A stretch of 64,000 nucleotides of DNA from Epithemia pelagica (lineage: Eukaryota; Protista; Bacillariophyta). The translations under genes were made by a program, and so were the position numbers. The stretch lies in NCBI GenBank assembly GCA_946965045.2, contig OX337230.1, positions 4,092,001 through 4,156,000 on the forward strand, in the 5' to 3' direction. Below the pieces are notes generated by a model. The model was not told the DNA's origin. It did not search any database and saw only the letters and a list, made by a program, of their open reading frames with translations. This document shows positions 1 to 9,595 of this stretch, piece by piece; position 1 is the first letter of the stretch, and the number at the start of each line of letters is the position of its first letter.

Positions 1-1307
1 GATACATTTCTCCAAAAGGCTAAGAAGAAGATTCTTCGTCGTAAGGCATTGGAGAAGCTGAAGGCTTCGAAGGAGGATGATTCCTCAATCGAAGATGAGA
101 ATTCGTTGGCTCGCATCTATCGTCTCTTGGACGACAAGCCATCCAAGTCGTCCAAGTCCAAGTCGAATGGTACGTTGATTGTTGTGTTTGTGTTTCATAA
201 CTTTTTATCGTTGCATCTTCTCACTTTCTCATGTTCTTTTTATCAGTCTCGGAATCCAAGAAGAAACGCAAGAAGAAGAAGAAGAAGACGAGTAGGAAGT
301 CAATCGCATACTCTTCGTCCTCGTCGTCATCGTTGTCTGGTTGCATCGAACTTCTTTCTCATCATCGCAAGAAGAAAAAGATGACTCCCCCCAACACCAT
401 CACTGGTACGTTGATTGTGTGTGTTTTTTGTTGATTGTTGGTTTGTTGTTCTCATGTGATGTTTTCCCTTTCTTTCATTGTTGTATTCTCAGTTCCACCA
501 CAACCGTCGTCTCTTGTTCCGCAGCTTTCCCCCTCTCAATCCACGCAACCTCCACCACCAACAGCAACTGTGAAACCGCCGCCACCAACAGCAACTCTGA
601 AACCGCCGCCACCACCATCCTCAACAACAGACCATCTTGCACCAGCTCAAACCAACGGAGCTTTGCAACCAGGTCCACCACCAACAACAACCACCATCGT
701 CGAGGCGACTGTGCAACCTGCACCAACAACAACCACAACAACCGCCATCGTCGAGGCGACTGTGCAACCAGCACCAACAACAACCACAACAACCGCCATC
801 GTCGAGGCGACTGCTCCAATTGCGCAACCACCACCAGTTCCACCGCCACCCATTTCCGCTACGACCCCCGCCATGCCACCACCAACAACAACAACAGCAC
901 CTACCGTGCCAGCACCAGCTCCTCCGCCAACGTCGACGGAACACCAACCATACCACCACCAACCATACCACCACCAAGAGTTTCGCACTGGTTCCGGCGG
1001 CCACAACGACGGTGGTCGCGACCGGTCGGTTGATTGTCGTGTGGAGGAGCACCATCGTGTTGCTTACCATCGCAACAACTGGTACCCCCCTCCTCCACGG
1101 TCGGATACACCACCACCATACCATCATCACCATTCCTCACGAGGATACAATCATCACCGCCCATACACGCCATCGCCACCGCCGTATTACCATCACCACC
1201 ACCGTGGCAGTGGATACACCCCTCCACCTCCCCCTCCACCTCGTCACCATCATCGCGGTTCACATCATCATCATGGAAGTAGCCACGGATATGGCTACAA
1301 CTACTGA
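1..1307 (+). CDS. 5'-partial spliced gene, Lys/Ser-rich then Pro/Thr-rich then His-rich low-complexity protein (exons <1-169, 247-405, 493-1307)
   Basis: Frame is open from base 1. Introns 170-246 and 406-492 are GTACGTT...CAG, both phase 1, and join KSNV-SESKKKRKKKKKK and TITV-PPQPSS into the 435..1307 ORF frame. Stop TGA at 1305-1307. Confidence 0.7.
680..815 (+). repeat. 51-bp coding tandem repeat x~3 (TTTTTTAIVEATVQPAP)
   Basis: CATCGTCGAGGCGACTG recurs at 695, 746 and 797. Confidence 0.85.
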
Positions 1308-1780
1308 AATACCGTAGTCTTCGGTACGTTTGCTGTTGTTATTGCATTCTTGGTTGATTGTTGTATCGTTGTCTTACCATTCTATCACTCTTTTTGACAG
1401 ATTGATATCGCTTTTGCTTTTTTGCATGTCTTTTGCAAGGTGGCCTCTAGCTTGATGTCTCGATAGGTACGTTGAATTTCCCGAACCGCCTACCGCTCCA
1501 CTTTACGCACCACTTTCTCACACGATCTTGATTTTTGCTATTTTGTCTTGGCATGAAATTTCGTGGTGCATTTCGCTTTGCTACTGAATTTTCCGTGTCG
1601 TGTGTACGCTTTGTGTCGTGTGTTTGTTTGTTGCGCCCTGCCTCGTGATTCTTGTTTCCATGTCTGTGTTTCCGTTGCTCTATCTACTTGATTCGTGTTG
1701 TTCTCGCCATTTCCGTTGGTGCACCTCTTGTTCGCTTTTTCCTGTTAATGTGTTTGTTCTCTCGTTGTTTTCCCTACGGA

Positions 1781-1835
1781 TTTCCTGGGTGTACTACTTT
1801 TCCTGGGTGTGCTACTTTCCTGGGTGTGCTACTTT
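1781..1835 (+). repeat. ~18-bp tandem repeat x3 (TTCCTGGGTGTRCTACT)
   Basis: Read directly from the sequence. Confidence 0.85.
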
Positions 1836-2736
1836 TTCGTTTGGGCTATTCTAATTTTTCTACACTAAAATAAAAATCAAAGTACAGTAATTTTTCGGGC
1901 TTATGTAGAGTGGGGAGTAGGTGGGGGAGGGGTAGGACGACGAGTGAGAAAGGTAGACGAAAACACCACGTATTCTTGTCCATGAGTGGGAATGACGCAC
2001 AGGTCGGATTATGAAATCCACCAATCACGGCAACTTGATTGGCAACAGTCACCAAACTGCAGCCTGTATGGTAGTTTTCGAGTGGTGGGAGATTCCACAC
2101 GTGGTTGTGGTGTGTATCCAAGATTTCCATGGTTCGATGGTTTCCCGCCACCACCAGACAAGATCCCACGGCAACCACTGTACAACGCATTTCTGGCTCG
2201 GAAAGCACCAGATTAGAGTGAGTCCTCCAATAAGAAGACGAGTAAAAAATCACTGTAGCAGCAGTTGGTCTCGTCGTTCTTACTTGGCGCTGTAAAGTCT
2301 AAATACTCCACCGAGTCAAGATTGCCGTGCTTGTTATGGCCTCCCACGACAAAGATGCGGTTGCCAACAACAGCACTGGCACAGCATGTACGTGGGACGT
2401 TCATGGATGGTCTCTCAATGACAGTTTGGTTCGTGGTATCAATAATCTCCACCGAGGATAAGTCATCTCTCCCCCTGTCCTTTCCACCCATTACAACAAT
2501 ATATCGATTGTGCACCGCAACAGCACAACATCTATATCGTCCCGTTGATAATCGACAGTTTAATGTCGTCCAATAACTCTCATGCGTACTGCTTGTTGTA
2601 AAAGATGATTGCAGTAGCAAATCATTGGAATCAATCCGTTCAATACAATCGAAAAATCCTCGACTGTATCCTCCTAGCACGTAGACCCCACCGTTGCACA
2701 CAACAGCGGCATGCTCCTCACGTGTCTTGTTCATGT

Positions 2737-2930
2737 TGTTGAAACTCACACAGCTGCTGTAAAGGCAAACTACGGAATCTTATTTTACTCATCGAATGAG
2801 ACCTTTTTCCTTTCAGATCTCTTCCCTGCCTTACGTTCCACTAGCGTCCAGTTCTCGCCGTCATCCGCTGCCAGCTGTTCAGTCGCATTAACATGCTTCT
2901 TTGCTATCCCGTCAGCGTGATTCCTCAACA
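2737..2930 (-). repeat. 3' LTR of element A
   Basis: Direct repeat of 8675-8868. Confidence 0.97.
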
Positions 2931-5900
2931 CACTCCTTTGTGCCGAGTGGTACGGACTAGTCGGCAGAATATTCATGATGGCATCTCGATGTTGATAGAA
3001 AAGTTGCCCTTGTAAAGGTTTGGTGTAGAAGTCCGCCACCATTTGGTCGGTCGGACAATATTCAATTCGTAAGTCTTTGTTCTGGATACGATCCTTGATA
3101 TAAAAATATCTGATGTTGATGTGTTTCGTACGTTTTGTGCTGGACATGCGTCCATTGTTCTCCAACAGCATCGCGCTTTGGTTGTCTTGGTATACCACGA
3201 CGTCCTTGATCTTCACTCCTTGACTTTTCAGGAAATTGCGAGTCCATACAATCGTTGGCAACACATCATGAGCCCCAATGAGTTCGCTCTCCGTCGAACT
3301 TCTGGCCACTAGTTTTTGTTTGGTTGAATGTGATATAACGCTTCCGCGACCCATGCATAGGTTTGCACCCGTGTGCCCCTTCATATCATTGTGGGTGGCA
3401 TACGATGCGTCAATCCACCACCGTAGCACCCCGTGTTTATTAGCTTCTAGTCGCAGAATCAGGTCCTTTGTGTTTTGTAGATACTTGATGACTCGTATCA
3501 ATTTTCGATAGTCGTCTTCGTCTGGTTTTGATACTCTGGTACATAGAAAGGCGATAGCAGTGCGTATATCAGGGCGTCCCCGATGTGCTAAGTATGCCAA
3601 CTGCATGGTCATACTGTGGAACAGTTCAGCGCGTGTTGCATCCAATGGTTTGCAATTCTCATTGATGAGAAATAGATGTGCCGCTGCTGGAGTCAGTGCT
3701 TTACCAATCATATCTTGTGGAATATCGTCCAGCACAGTGGCCACATAGGGGGTCATATCAACTTGTAATACCCCGGGTTCTGAGAAATCTAGGTACATCC
3801 CCAAGTAATCATGACGCTTCCCTCTGGAGATTGAGAGCTCTCCGAGTTGGCCAAATTCTTTGATGAGTTGGTTGATGATCATGGATACGGTTTCTTCCTT
3901 GACATGGGAGATTTTTAAATCGTCCACGTGCCATGTGATCGTGCACTGGGTCCCGTCAATATTTTTGTTAGCGACACATGTGTCATAGTCGTTTAGGATG
4001 AAGCCCCAATCTTTCAGTACGATAGAGAGTTTTTCCCAAAAGAGTCGTGCTGCTCTAAGCGTTCCGTAAAGCGCTTTTAGCATGTCAACATAAATGACAG
4101 GCTTTCCTTTCTCGTACGTAAGATATGGGCGATAGGCGGCTTCATCCACTTCCAGTAGCAGTTTTGCCATGATACCATCAATTCTCATATGGACGTCGGG
4201 ATCCATGTCGGCTTGCATAAACGCGCCGGGAATATCCACGACCGCCACCTCCCTATGTTCCAATGCATCGATGATTGCCGTTAAGAACACAGCTTCGGTG
4301 GTTACTGTGGGAGAGGCTGCGTCCTCTCGCGGGATATACAAACGCTGCTTACGCCCGTCGGCGCATCCTCGACCCTTGATTTTCCCATTGCGTTTTCGCT
4401 TGAGAAACATAAGGTAGCCGAGTGCGTTTGTGAGTTGATTGCTAGTTAGTGATGTCTTGTGAACACCACGGATCACTCCTCGCTCATGTAGTTGTGTAAT
4501 TTCTTTCTTGACAGCCGCCACTCCTTGATCTCCAAAAATTTTTAATCCCTTGCTCATGGGCATTTGTGGGGTTGCCATGCTGATTTCACCACTGTCGGCG
4601 ACGAATAGCCAACCGTCATGGATGTATCCATCCATTGTTCCTTGTTCTTGCTCATTGAAGTGAAAAGTGGCATTGTTATACCCGAAACGATGTGTATATG
4701 AGCGTTCACGCTGTGGTCGTAGGTTGTACCCACTTTCATGACCATCCTCATGATCTTCTTCTTGACCCATATCTATGGGAATGTCGTTGTCATCAGCAAC
4801 CGTCTCAACACCAGCAACGGTCTCAACATCCTCATTGATATTGTTATCCCTCCCCTGCCGGTCGTTGTTACTTTCGATATCGTCGTTATCCTCATTGGCC
4901 ATCACCCCCAAATCCTCATTTGGCTCCTCCATTGATTCCTCCTCCTCTTCACTCATTTCCTCCGCGACCTCTTCCATCGGCCCCATCAGCCCCATTTCCT
5001 CCACCACTCCTTCGTTTGTACCCATTGCTCTTTCGAGGTCATTGTGTTCGTTGTCCGCTGTTGGTGCCGGATCTGGATTGTCCATGTCCATCTCTTCATC
5101 CACAGGACCAAGTGGCTCATCCGCTAACTCTTCTGCCACGAACTCGGCATCATATCTCAGGTCCTCATCCTGGTCTTGTTCTGGCTCGTAGTCCTCATCA
5201 TCATCTTCATTGAATATTTCATTATCATCGTCCAACAGTAGGATCCTGTTGTCACGGTTTCCAAACGCCAAGCCAGGTTGTGCTGATTGTGCCTCAGCCA
5301 ATTTAATAATTCGATCAATGACTCCTTGCGGCATCGGAACTTTGGTCGCGTGATTGCGATTGATGACCCTTCCACTGGCGAGACTCAGGAAATAGAAGCC
5401 ACCTTGTCGATTGCCAGTTGGACGGAGAGCCAAGGCGCCCACCGTGCGGGCGCTCATTGAGTTGTCATGTTCCTCGTGACATTGTACGTATTCGCCAAAC
5501 TCATAGCGGCAGTGACGATGGTAGTCCAATCTGGATCCCGTCACTAGTTCTTGTGGGCTTATGGTATCGGAAATGCCGCCCTGATGAGGAAAGCTATTCA
5601 GCCAGAAGACGGCCTGTTTCGCCAACTCAATCACCATGATCTTGGGTATGATATCAAACGGTAGCATGTTGTATGTTGCTCTCATCCTTTCTTTGATTGT
5701 TCTGATTCGTCGTTCAATGTCCCCAACGTGTTCATTGCGTGCTGCAGGGTTCAACGCCATTCCAATTGTGGCCAATTGCTGTTCCATATAATCATTCTTG
5801 AATGCGCCATCTGCAAGCAGAATTCTCGGCCGCAGATCAGTTCGTCGATATAAGTTTACAGTCCGTTTGAGGCATTGAAAAACGTGTTCCATGGATGTGC

Positions 5901-7797
5901 TCTCCAAGGCATCGATCGTGGTGAAATAAAGGTGGCGAGAGAGGGTGGTTAGGAACGGGACCCCGTTCACATGCATGATATCCATTGCGATCACGATTTC
6001 ACGGTACTTGGCGTCAATTGCTGGAGGAATGAGGTTGTCGAGTGGGACAGTTGGTGATTTCCGACGTGTTGTCTTGCCCTTGAGTGTGCCGATGTCCGGG
6101 CCATAAATGGCTTCGGCCCTTTTTATGTCTTCTCGTGTGTAGGGGCAATTTGGTAGCATGTTTGTGGACACTATATGAAGGAATTCCTTCGTGGATGGAC
6201 GACCTATGCTTATTTGAAGCTGTCGTGCTCCTCTAGCTCTATCTACATCAGACTGAGAATATTTTGCTTCGTTGTCCTTAACTGTAGTTAGGAAACTATG
6301 CTCATTCTTCTTGGTGTCCATGTAGTAGAGTCCTTGGGTGCTCGGCTTGAACGTGCATTTGACTTTGCCGCTTTTGTCTTGTAATGTAAACTTGTTGCCT
6401 TGTTTGCTGTGATATTCGACTTGATAGTTATTCTTGGCGTTGTGAAAAGAGAGGAGGTTAACCGGTCCATCAGGATCAAACCAAACCACCCCGTACGAGG
6501 GGAGATCTGCAATTTGTGTCAGGACGCGGCTACCGGCGTGGCTGTGGATGGTAATAGGTGTCTTGCTTTTTCTGATGTTTTTAATAAGGTCTTTGTTTGA
6601 AATGATATCAACGGTGGATTGATTATCAAGGAGGATCCATGATCTGGGGATGTTAGCCTGTATAGACGAGGAAAAGGACATAGCGTGAGAGATTGTTTCA
6701 TCCGATTCGGTCACCGTTTGATGTTGCGAACCTTGTTGTGAGCCGTGTTGTTTGTGGTCGGCCGTTCCCGTGTTGAAGGCCACACCAGTGGCATTTTGTT
6801 GTTCTCCGCTGTTTGATCCTGAGTTGCCCTGATACTGGTTCTTGATATTGATGCGGTTGTCGATAATGGCACGGGCATCCGCTAAGGTTGCCGGGTAGTA
6901 GTTCCCACCGTCAAGGAAGGTATTCTGCAGATGCACTTCATAAGATCGATGTCCACAGGTACGTATGAAGCGAATCGCGATACATCGTTCTTGGGCCTCT
7001 GCTTCATCGTCGGGGGTTGGTTTGTTGTCGGTCCGTTTGTTTTTGGTGGCGATTTCAATCAAGAAGTCATGGTCGTACAGTTTGATTCCCATTTCTGTTA
7101 TGAGTTTTACCTTGGAGCGAAAGACTTCATAATAACTCTGCAGTGACTGGTTGTTTTGCCTTTTCAGTCCATAGTATTCTTCTTTAAGTCGATCTCGTGA
7201 TACCGCCGTGTAAACTCGTCCGGAGTCGAAAGTAAACATTGTGGTCTTGATTAATTTGAGCAATGCAATCCCGTCTCTTGCGTCTTGGATTGCCTGGAAT
7301 TCTTTTTTAGCTCGCAGTTTGTCACGGAGGAGCGGGGTACATTGACCCAATAAAACGCTGTAGAAGGACGATCGAAAGCCGTTGTAGAGAATGATTTGTT
7401 CTTCGCGGGCCTTGAACTTGAATTCCCATTCCTTTCCGATGAAGAAGTTATCGGCGTCCTCATCCTTTGGCTTGACAATAGGATCTGGATCGTTGAGCTC
7501 CAATTGCTCGACTGCTTTTTGGAATTCCATGTTGTATTTGCTGTGGTTTGCTCCGACATACCCAACAAGTAGTTCCACGTTCTTCAAATATCGTTTACTT
7601 TGGGGATCTTCAGAATAATCAAAGGTGCAGTCAGCCAAACTTGGCTCCTGCCCTTGAAACTTGTTGCTGCCTTGTCCGCCTCGCCCTCGACCGCCACGGC
7701 CACGTCCTCGGCCACGACCGCCACGTCCGGTTCGATCTTCATTGTTGTTGGTCGATGAGGAGGGAGCCCCATCAGGACTCGGATTCTGAGCACTCAT
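2785..7797 (-). CDS. Gag-Pol polyprotein of copia element A (1670 aa)
   Basis: Protease WILLDNQSTVD; integrase IAMDIMHV / LADGAF / EHVGDIERRIRTIKER; RT VVDIPGAF, KALYGTLRAA, WHVDDLKISH; RNase H WIDASYA, SSTESE, YQDNQSA, KHINIRYF, ADFYTKPLQG. Confidence 0.97.
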   Translation of the reverse strand: MSAQNPSPDGAPSSSTNNNEDRTGRGGRGRGRGRGGRGRGGQGSNKFQGQEPSLADCTFDYSEDPQSKRYLKNVELLVGYVGANHSKYNMEFQKAVEQLELNDPDPIVKPKDEDADNFFIGKEWEFKFKAREEQIILYNGFRSSFYSVLLGQCTPLLRDKLRAKKEFQAIQDARDGIALLKLIKTTMFTFDSGRVYTAVSRDRLKEEYYGLKRQNNQSLQSYYEVFRSKVKLITEMGIKLYDHDFLIEIATKNKRTDNKPTPDDEAEAQERCIAIRFIRTCGHRSYEVHLQNTFLDGGNYYPATLADARAIIDNRINIKNQYQGNSGSNSGEQQNATGVAFNTGTADHKQHGSQQGSQHQTVTESDETISHAMSFSSSIQANIPRSWILLDNQSTVDIISNKDLIKNIRKSKTPITIHSHAGSRVLTQIADLPSYGVVWFDPDGPVNLLSFHNAKNNYQVEYHSKQGNKFTLQDKSGKVKCTFKPSTQGLYYMDTKKNEHSFLTTVKDNEAKYSQSDVDRARGARQLQISIGRPSTKEFLHIVSTNMLPNCPYTREDIKRAEAIYGPDIGTLKGKTTRRKSPTVPLDNLIPPAIDAKYREIVIAMDIMHVNGVPFLTTLSRHLYFTTIDALESTSMEHVFQCLKRTVNLYRRTDLRPRILLADGAFKNDYMEQQLATIGMALNPAARNEHVGDIERRIRTIKERMRATYNMLPFDIIPKIMVIELAKQAVFWLNSFPHQGGISDTISPQELVTGSRLDYHRHCRYEFGEYVQCHEEHDNSMSARTVGALALRPTGNRQGGFYFLSLASGRVINRNHATKVPMPQGVIDRIIKLAEAQSAQPGLAFGNRDNRILLLDDDNEIFNEDDDEDYEPEQDQDEDLRYDAEFVAEELADEPLGPVDEEMDMDNPDPAPTADNEHNDLERAMGTNEGVVEEMGLMGPMEEVAEEMSEEEEESMEEPNEDLGVMANEDNDDIESNNDRQGRDNNINEDVETVAGVETVADDNDIPIDMGQEEDHEDGHESGYNLRPQRERSYTHRFGYNNATFHFNEQEQGTMDGYIHDGWLFVADSGEISMATPQMPMSKGLKIFGDQGVAAVKKEITQLHERGVIRGVHKTSLTSNQLTNALGYLMFLKRKRNGKIKGRGCADGRKQRLYIPREDAASPTVTTEAVFLTAIIDALEHREVAVVDIPGAFMQADMDPDVHMRIDGIMAKLLLEVDEAAYRPYLTYEKGKPVIYVDMLKALYGTLRAARLFWEKLSIVLKDWGFILNDYDTCVANKNIDGTQCTITWHVDDLKISHVKEETVSMIINQLIKEFGQLGELSISRGKRHDYLGMYLDFSEPGVLQVDMTPYVATVLDDIPQDMIGKALTPAAAHLFLINENCKPLDATRAELFHSMTMQLAYLAHRGRPDIRTAIAFLCTRVSKPDEDDYRKLIRVIKYLQNTKDLILRLEANKHGVLRWWIDASYATHNDMKGHTGANLCMGRGSVISHSTKQKLVARSSTESELIGAHDVLPTIVWTRNFLKSQGVKIKDVVVYQDNQSAMLLENNGRMSSTKRTKHINIRYFYIKDRIQNKDLRIEYCPTDQMVADFYTKPLQGQLFYQHRDAIMNILPTSPYHSAQRSVLRNHADGIAKKHVNATEQLAADDGENWTLVERKAGKRSERKKVSFDE

Positions 7798-8636
7798 TAT
7801 TCTTGAGGAGGACGAACGGCCAAGCTTATGTTGTGCCTCTGGCGGCGGAATTCTTCGTTCCTGTTTATGGCGTAGTTCCAGACTCTAATGGTATAGTATA
7901 CCGCTCCGATCCTAATTACGGTCCCGTGCACGTGATAGTGCACTCCTTGTCTTGCGAGCCGACAACTGTTGAGGATTCGTACGTACGATCCGATCCGGAC
8001 AGTTTGGTCTTGAATTAGTTGTGGCTCTTGTGGTTGTGCTTGTGGTGCTGGAGGTGCACGTCGTGCTGGTCTTGGTGCCGGTTGAGGTGCGTGCTGCACT
8101 GGTTGCAATACGGCTGCTGCCCGTTGCTGAGCTTCGATGATTGCTCCGGCAAATTCTGGGTCAAGCACAACAGGTTCCGGAACCGGTGCTGCCTCGTTCA
8201 CTTCGGGGATTGGTACGACTACCACGTCCTCTTCTTGATCGACTTCTTCGTCGGAGTCTTCAACGTCCAATACAGCGACAGGTGGACGACGTTGCTCAGC
8301 GAGAATGGCTGTTGCCAATTCTCTCTGCGGACCTGGTGGACCGTGAAGGTGGATGTGGGTTTCTTCGAGGTATGTCAATAATTCTTCTTGTCGTCGACGG
8401 TAAACAGAACGGGTTCGACTGATGCCACTTGCCAAACGATCTAACTGGTCTGAGAGGTTTTGCCGATGCGCCGCTTGGAGGGCCTCTTGGGCCTCGTTGA
8501 AGGACCGAACACTATCGGCACGCTCCGTCTCGTGCTGTTGTCGCAATTGCTCCAGCGCTTCTTGTTGTTGGTTGTCTATCAGAGCCAAATTGTGAAATAC
8601 CTCGAGTATATCGTTGATGGCTTCAGTTACGTTCAT
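7797..8636 (-). CDS. Extra 5' ORF of element A (279 aa from first ATG): coiled coil, acidic linker, C-terminal KOW/SH3-like beta domain
   Basis: Long open frame between the 5' LTR and gag. First ATG is 8636; the track start at 8687 is a GTG inside the LTR. Its TAA (7799-7797) overlaps the gag ATG (7797-7795). Confidence 0.8.
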   Translation of the reverse strand: MNVTEAINDILEVFHNLALIDNQQQEALEQLRQQHETERADSVRSFNEAQEALQAAHRQNLSDQLDRLASGISRTRSVYRRRQEELLTYLEETHIHLHGPPGPQRELATAILAEQRRPPVAVLDVEDSDEEVDQEEDVVVVPIPEVNEAAPVPEPVVLDPEFAGAIIEAQQRAAAVLQPVQHAPQPAPRPARRAPPAPQAQPQEPQLIQDQTVRIGSYVRILNSCRLARQGVHYHVHGTVIRIGAVYYTIRVWNYAINRNEEFRRQRHNISLAVRPPQE

Positions 8637-8660
8637 ATATGTATGATATGAAATCGATGT

Positions 8661-8674
8661 TTCGATGAGTAAAA
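8661..8674 (-). promoter_or_regulatory. PBS position of element A, complementary to LTR-internal 8721-8734 (putative self-primer site)
   Basis: Plus 8661-8674 TTCGATGAGTAAAA is the exact reverse complement of plus 8721-8734 TTTTACTCATCGAA. It has no TGG start and no GGTTATG motif. Confidence 0.75.
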
Positions 8675-8868
8675 TGTTGAAACTCACACAGCTGCTGTAA
8701 AGGCAAACTACGGAATCTTATTTTACTCATCGAATGAGACCTTTTTCCTTTCAGATCTCTTCCCTGCCTTACGTTCCACTAGCGTCCAGTTCTCGCCGTC
8801 ATCCGCTGCCAGCTGTTCAGTCGCATTAACATGCTTCTTTGCTATCCCGTCAGCGTGATTCCTCAACA
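8675..8868 (-). repeat. 5' LTR of element A
   Basis: Direct repeat of 2737-2930. Confidence 0.97.
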
Positions 8869-9099
8869 CATGTGTGGTCCTTGTCGCCACTGCTGCTTAT
8901 TGGGATCTGCTAAATTTAATACAAGAACGGAATTGACAATTCCTTGGCCTCGTTGACGTCCTCCCAACACGACAACCGTCTGCCCCTTGTTGTTGTTGTG
9001 GTTGGAATCGTTGTCCTGATCGGGATGATTCAGTACGACCGTAGCATGATCGTAACGCCATCCTCCCTCGAGAGGAGGCCAATTGGTTTCATTCCATTG

Positions 9100-9595
9100 C
9101 GCTGTTTCGTCCGGTAGGAAAAGCCCCGACTGCCATGCTTGTTCTTTCAGTGTGGTGGTGGCCATCATTGTTCCGTCGAGCAAAAGTGTCGGATGAGCAA
9201 ATCGCGTATTGTGGTTGAGAATGGAGAGGTTTCTGTACATACAGCACACGATGGAAATGGACCACAACAAACGGACGGCGGACGGACAAAGGCGAACGCT
9301 GGGGGGGGGGGCACAACACGAAACACCCCACGTTCCACCCTAAATCTCAATATATTCTGGGCAGTGCCTCCGGGTACCTCCGCATTTTTTGGGCGATATA
9401 TAAAAATGAGTAATGCCGTCACACTTTTTTCCCTTCTCCGTTTCGGCAAGAGCACAAAACAACAACAACACACCCACCATGGGACGCTTTTATCTTGAGG
9501 ATGACGACCACAATGACACTAGGGTTACGACGAATGGTGGAAGAACTTGGCCCTTTGTGGCACAAGAAGGAGAGGAAGGATCTCTCGTCCCATAT
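9100..9595. repeat. Segmental duplicate of ~14400-15010 (Kelch 5' end, intergenic region and first codons of the torsin-like gene)
   Basis: ATGGGACGCT(T/A)TT(A/G)TCTTGAGGATGACGACCACAATGACACTAGGG at 9478 and 14898. The copy at 9478 is truncated after about 40 codons. Confidence 0.85.

Larger units (their letters stand above)
2737..8868 (-). mobile_element. Full-length Ty1/copia (CoDi-type) LTR retrotransposon A
   Basis: 194-bp LTRs at 2737-2930 and 8675-8868, TGTTG...CAACA, identical by eye. 5-bp TSD CATGT at 2732-2736 and 8869-8873. PPT-like AAAGGAGTG next to the 3' LTR. Intact pol in PR-IN-RT-RH order. Confidence 0.97.
1846..9168 (-). pseudogene. Kelch-repeat gene K1, split by copia element A and frameshifted
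   Basis: 5' part 9168-8869 reads MATTTLKEQAWQSG...WRQGPHM. It resumes in frame at 2736 (MNKTREEHAAVVCNGGVYVLGG) once the element and one TSD are removed. A further frameshift lies near 2265, and homology to paralogs is lost after about 1957. Confidence 0.9.

Noticed and set aside
341-1317. Overlapping alternative-frame and antisense ORFs in the Pro/His-rich region, and similar shadow ORFs across 14.8-26 kb and 41-47 kb
   Set aside because: They are expected by-products of low-complexity or codon-biased coding DNA, and one frame explains each locus.
8661-8674. tRNA-type PBS for element A
   Set aside because: There is no TGG start and no resemblance to the tRNAiMet 3'-end or anticodon-arm PBS sequences I know. 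A host tRNA scan is still needed.
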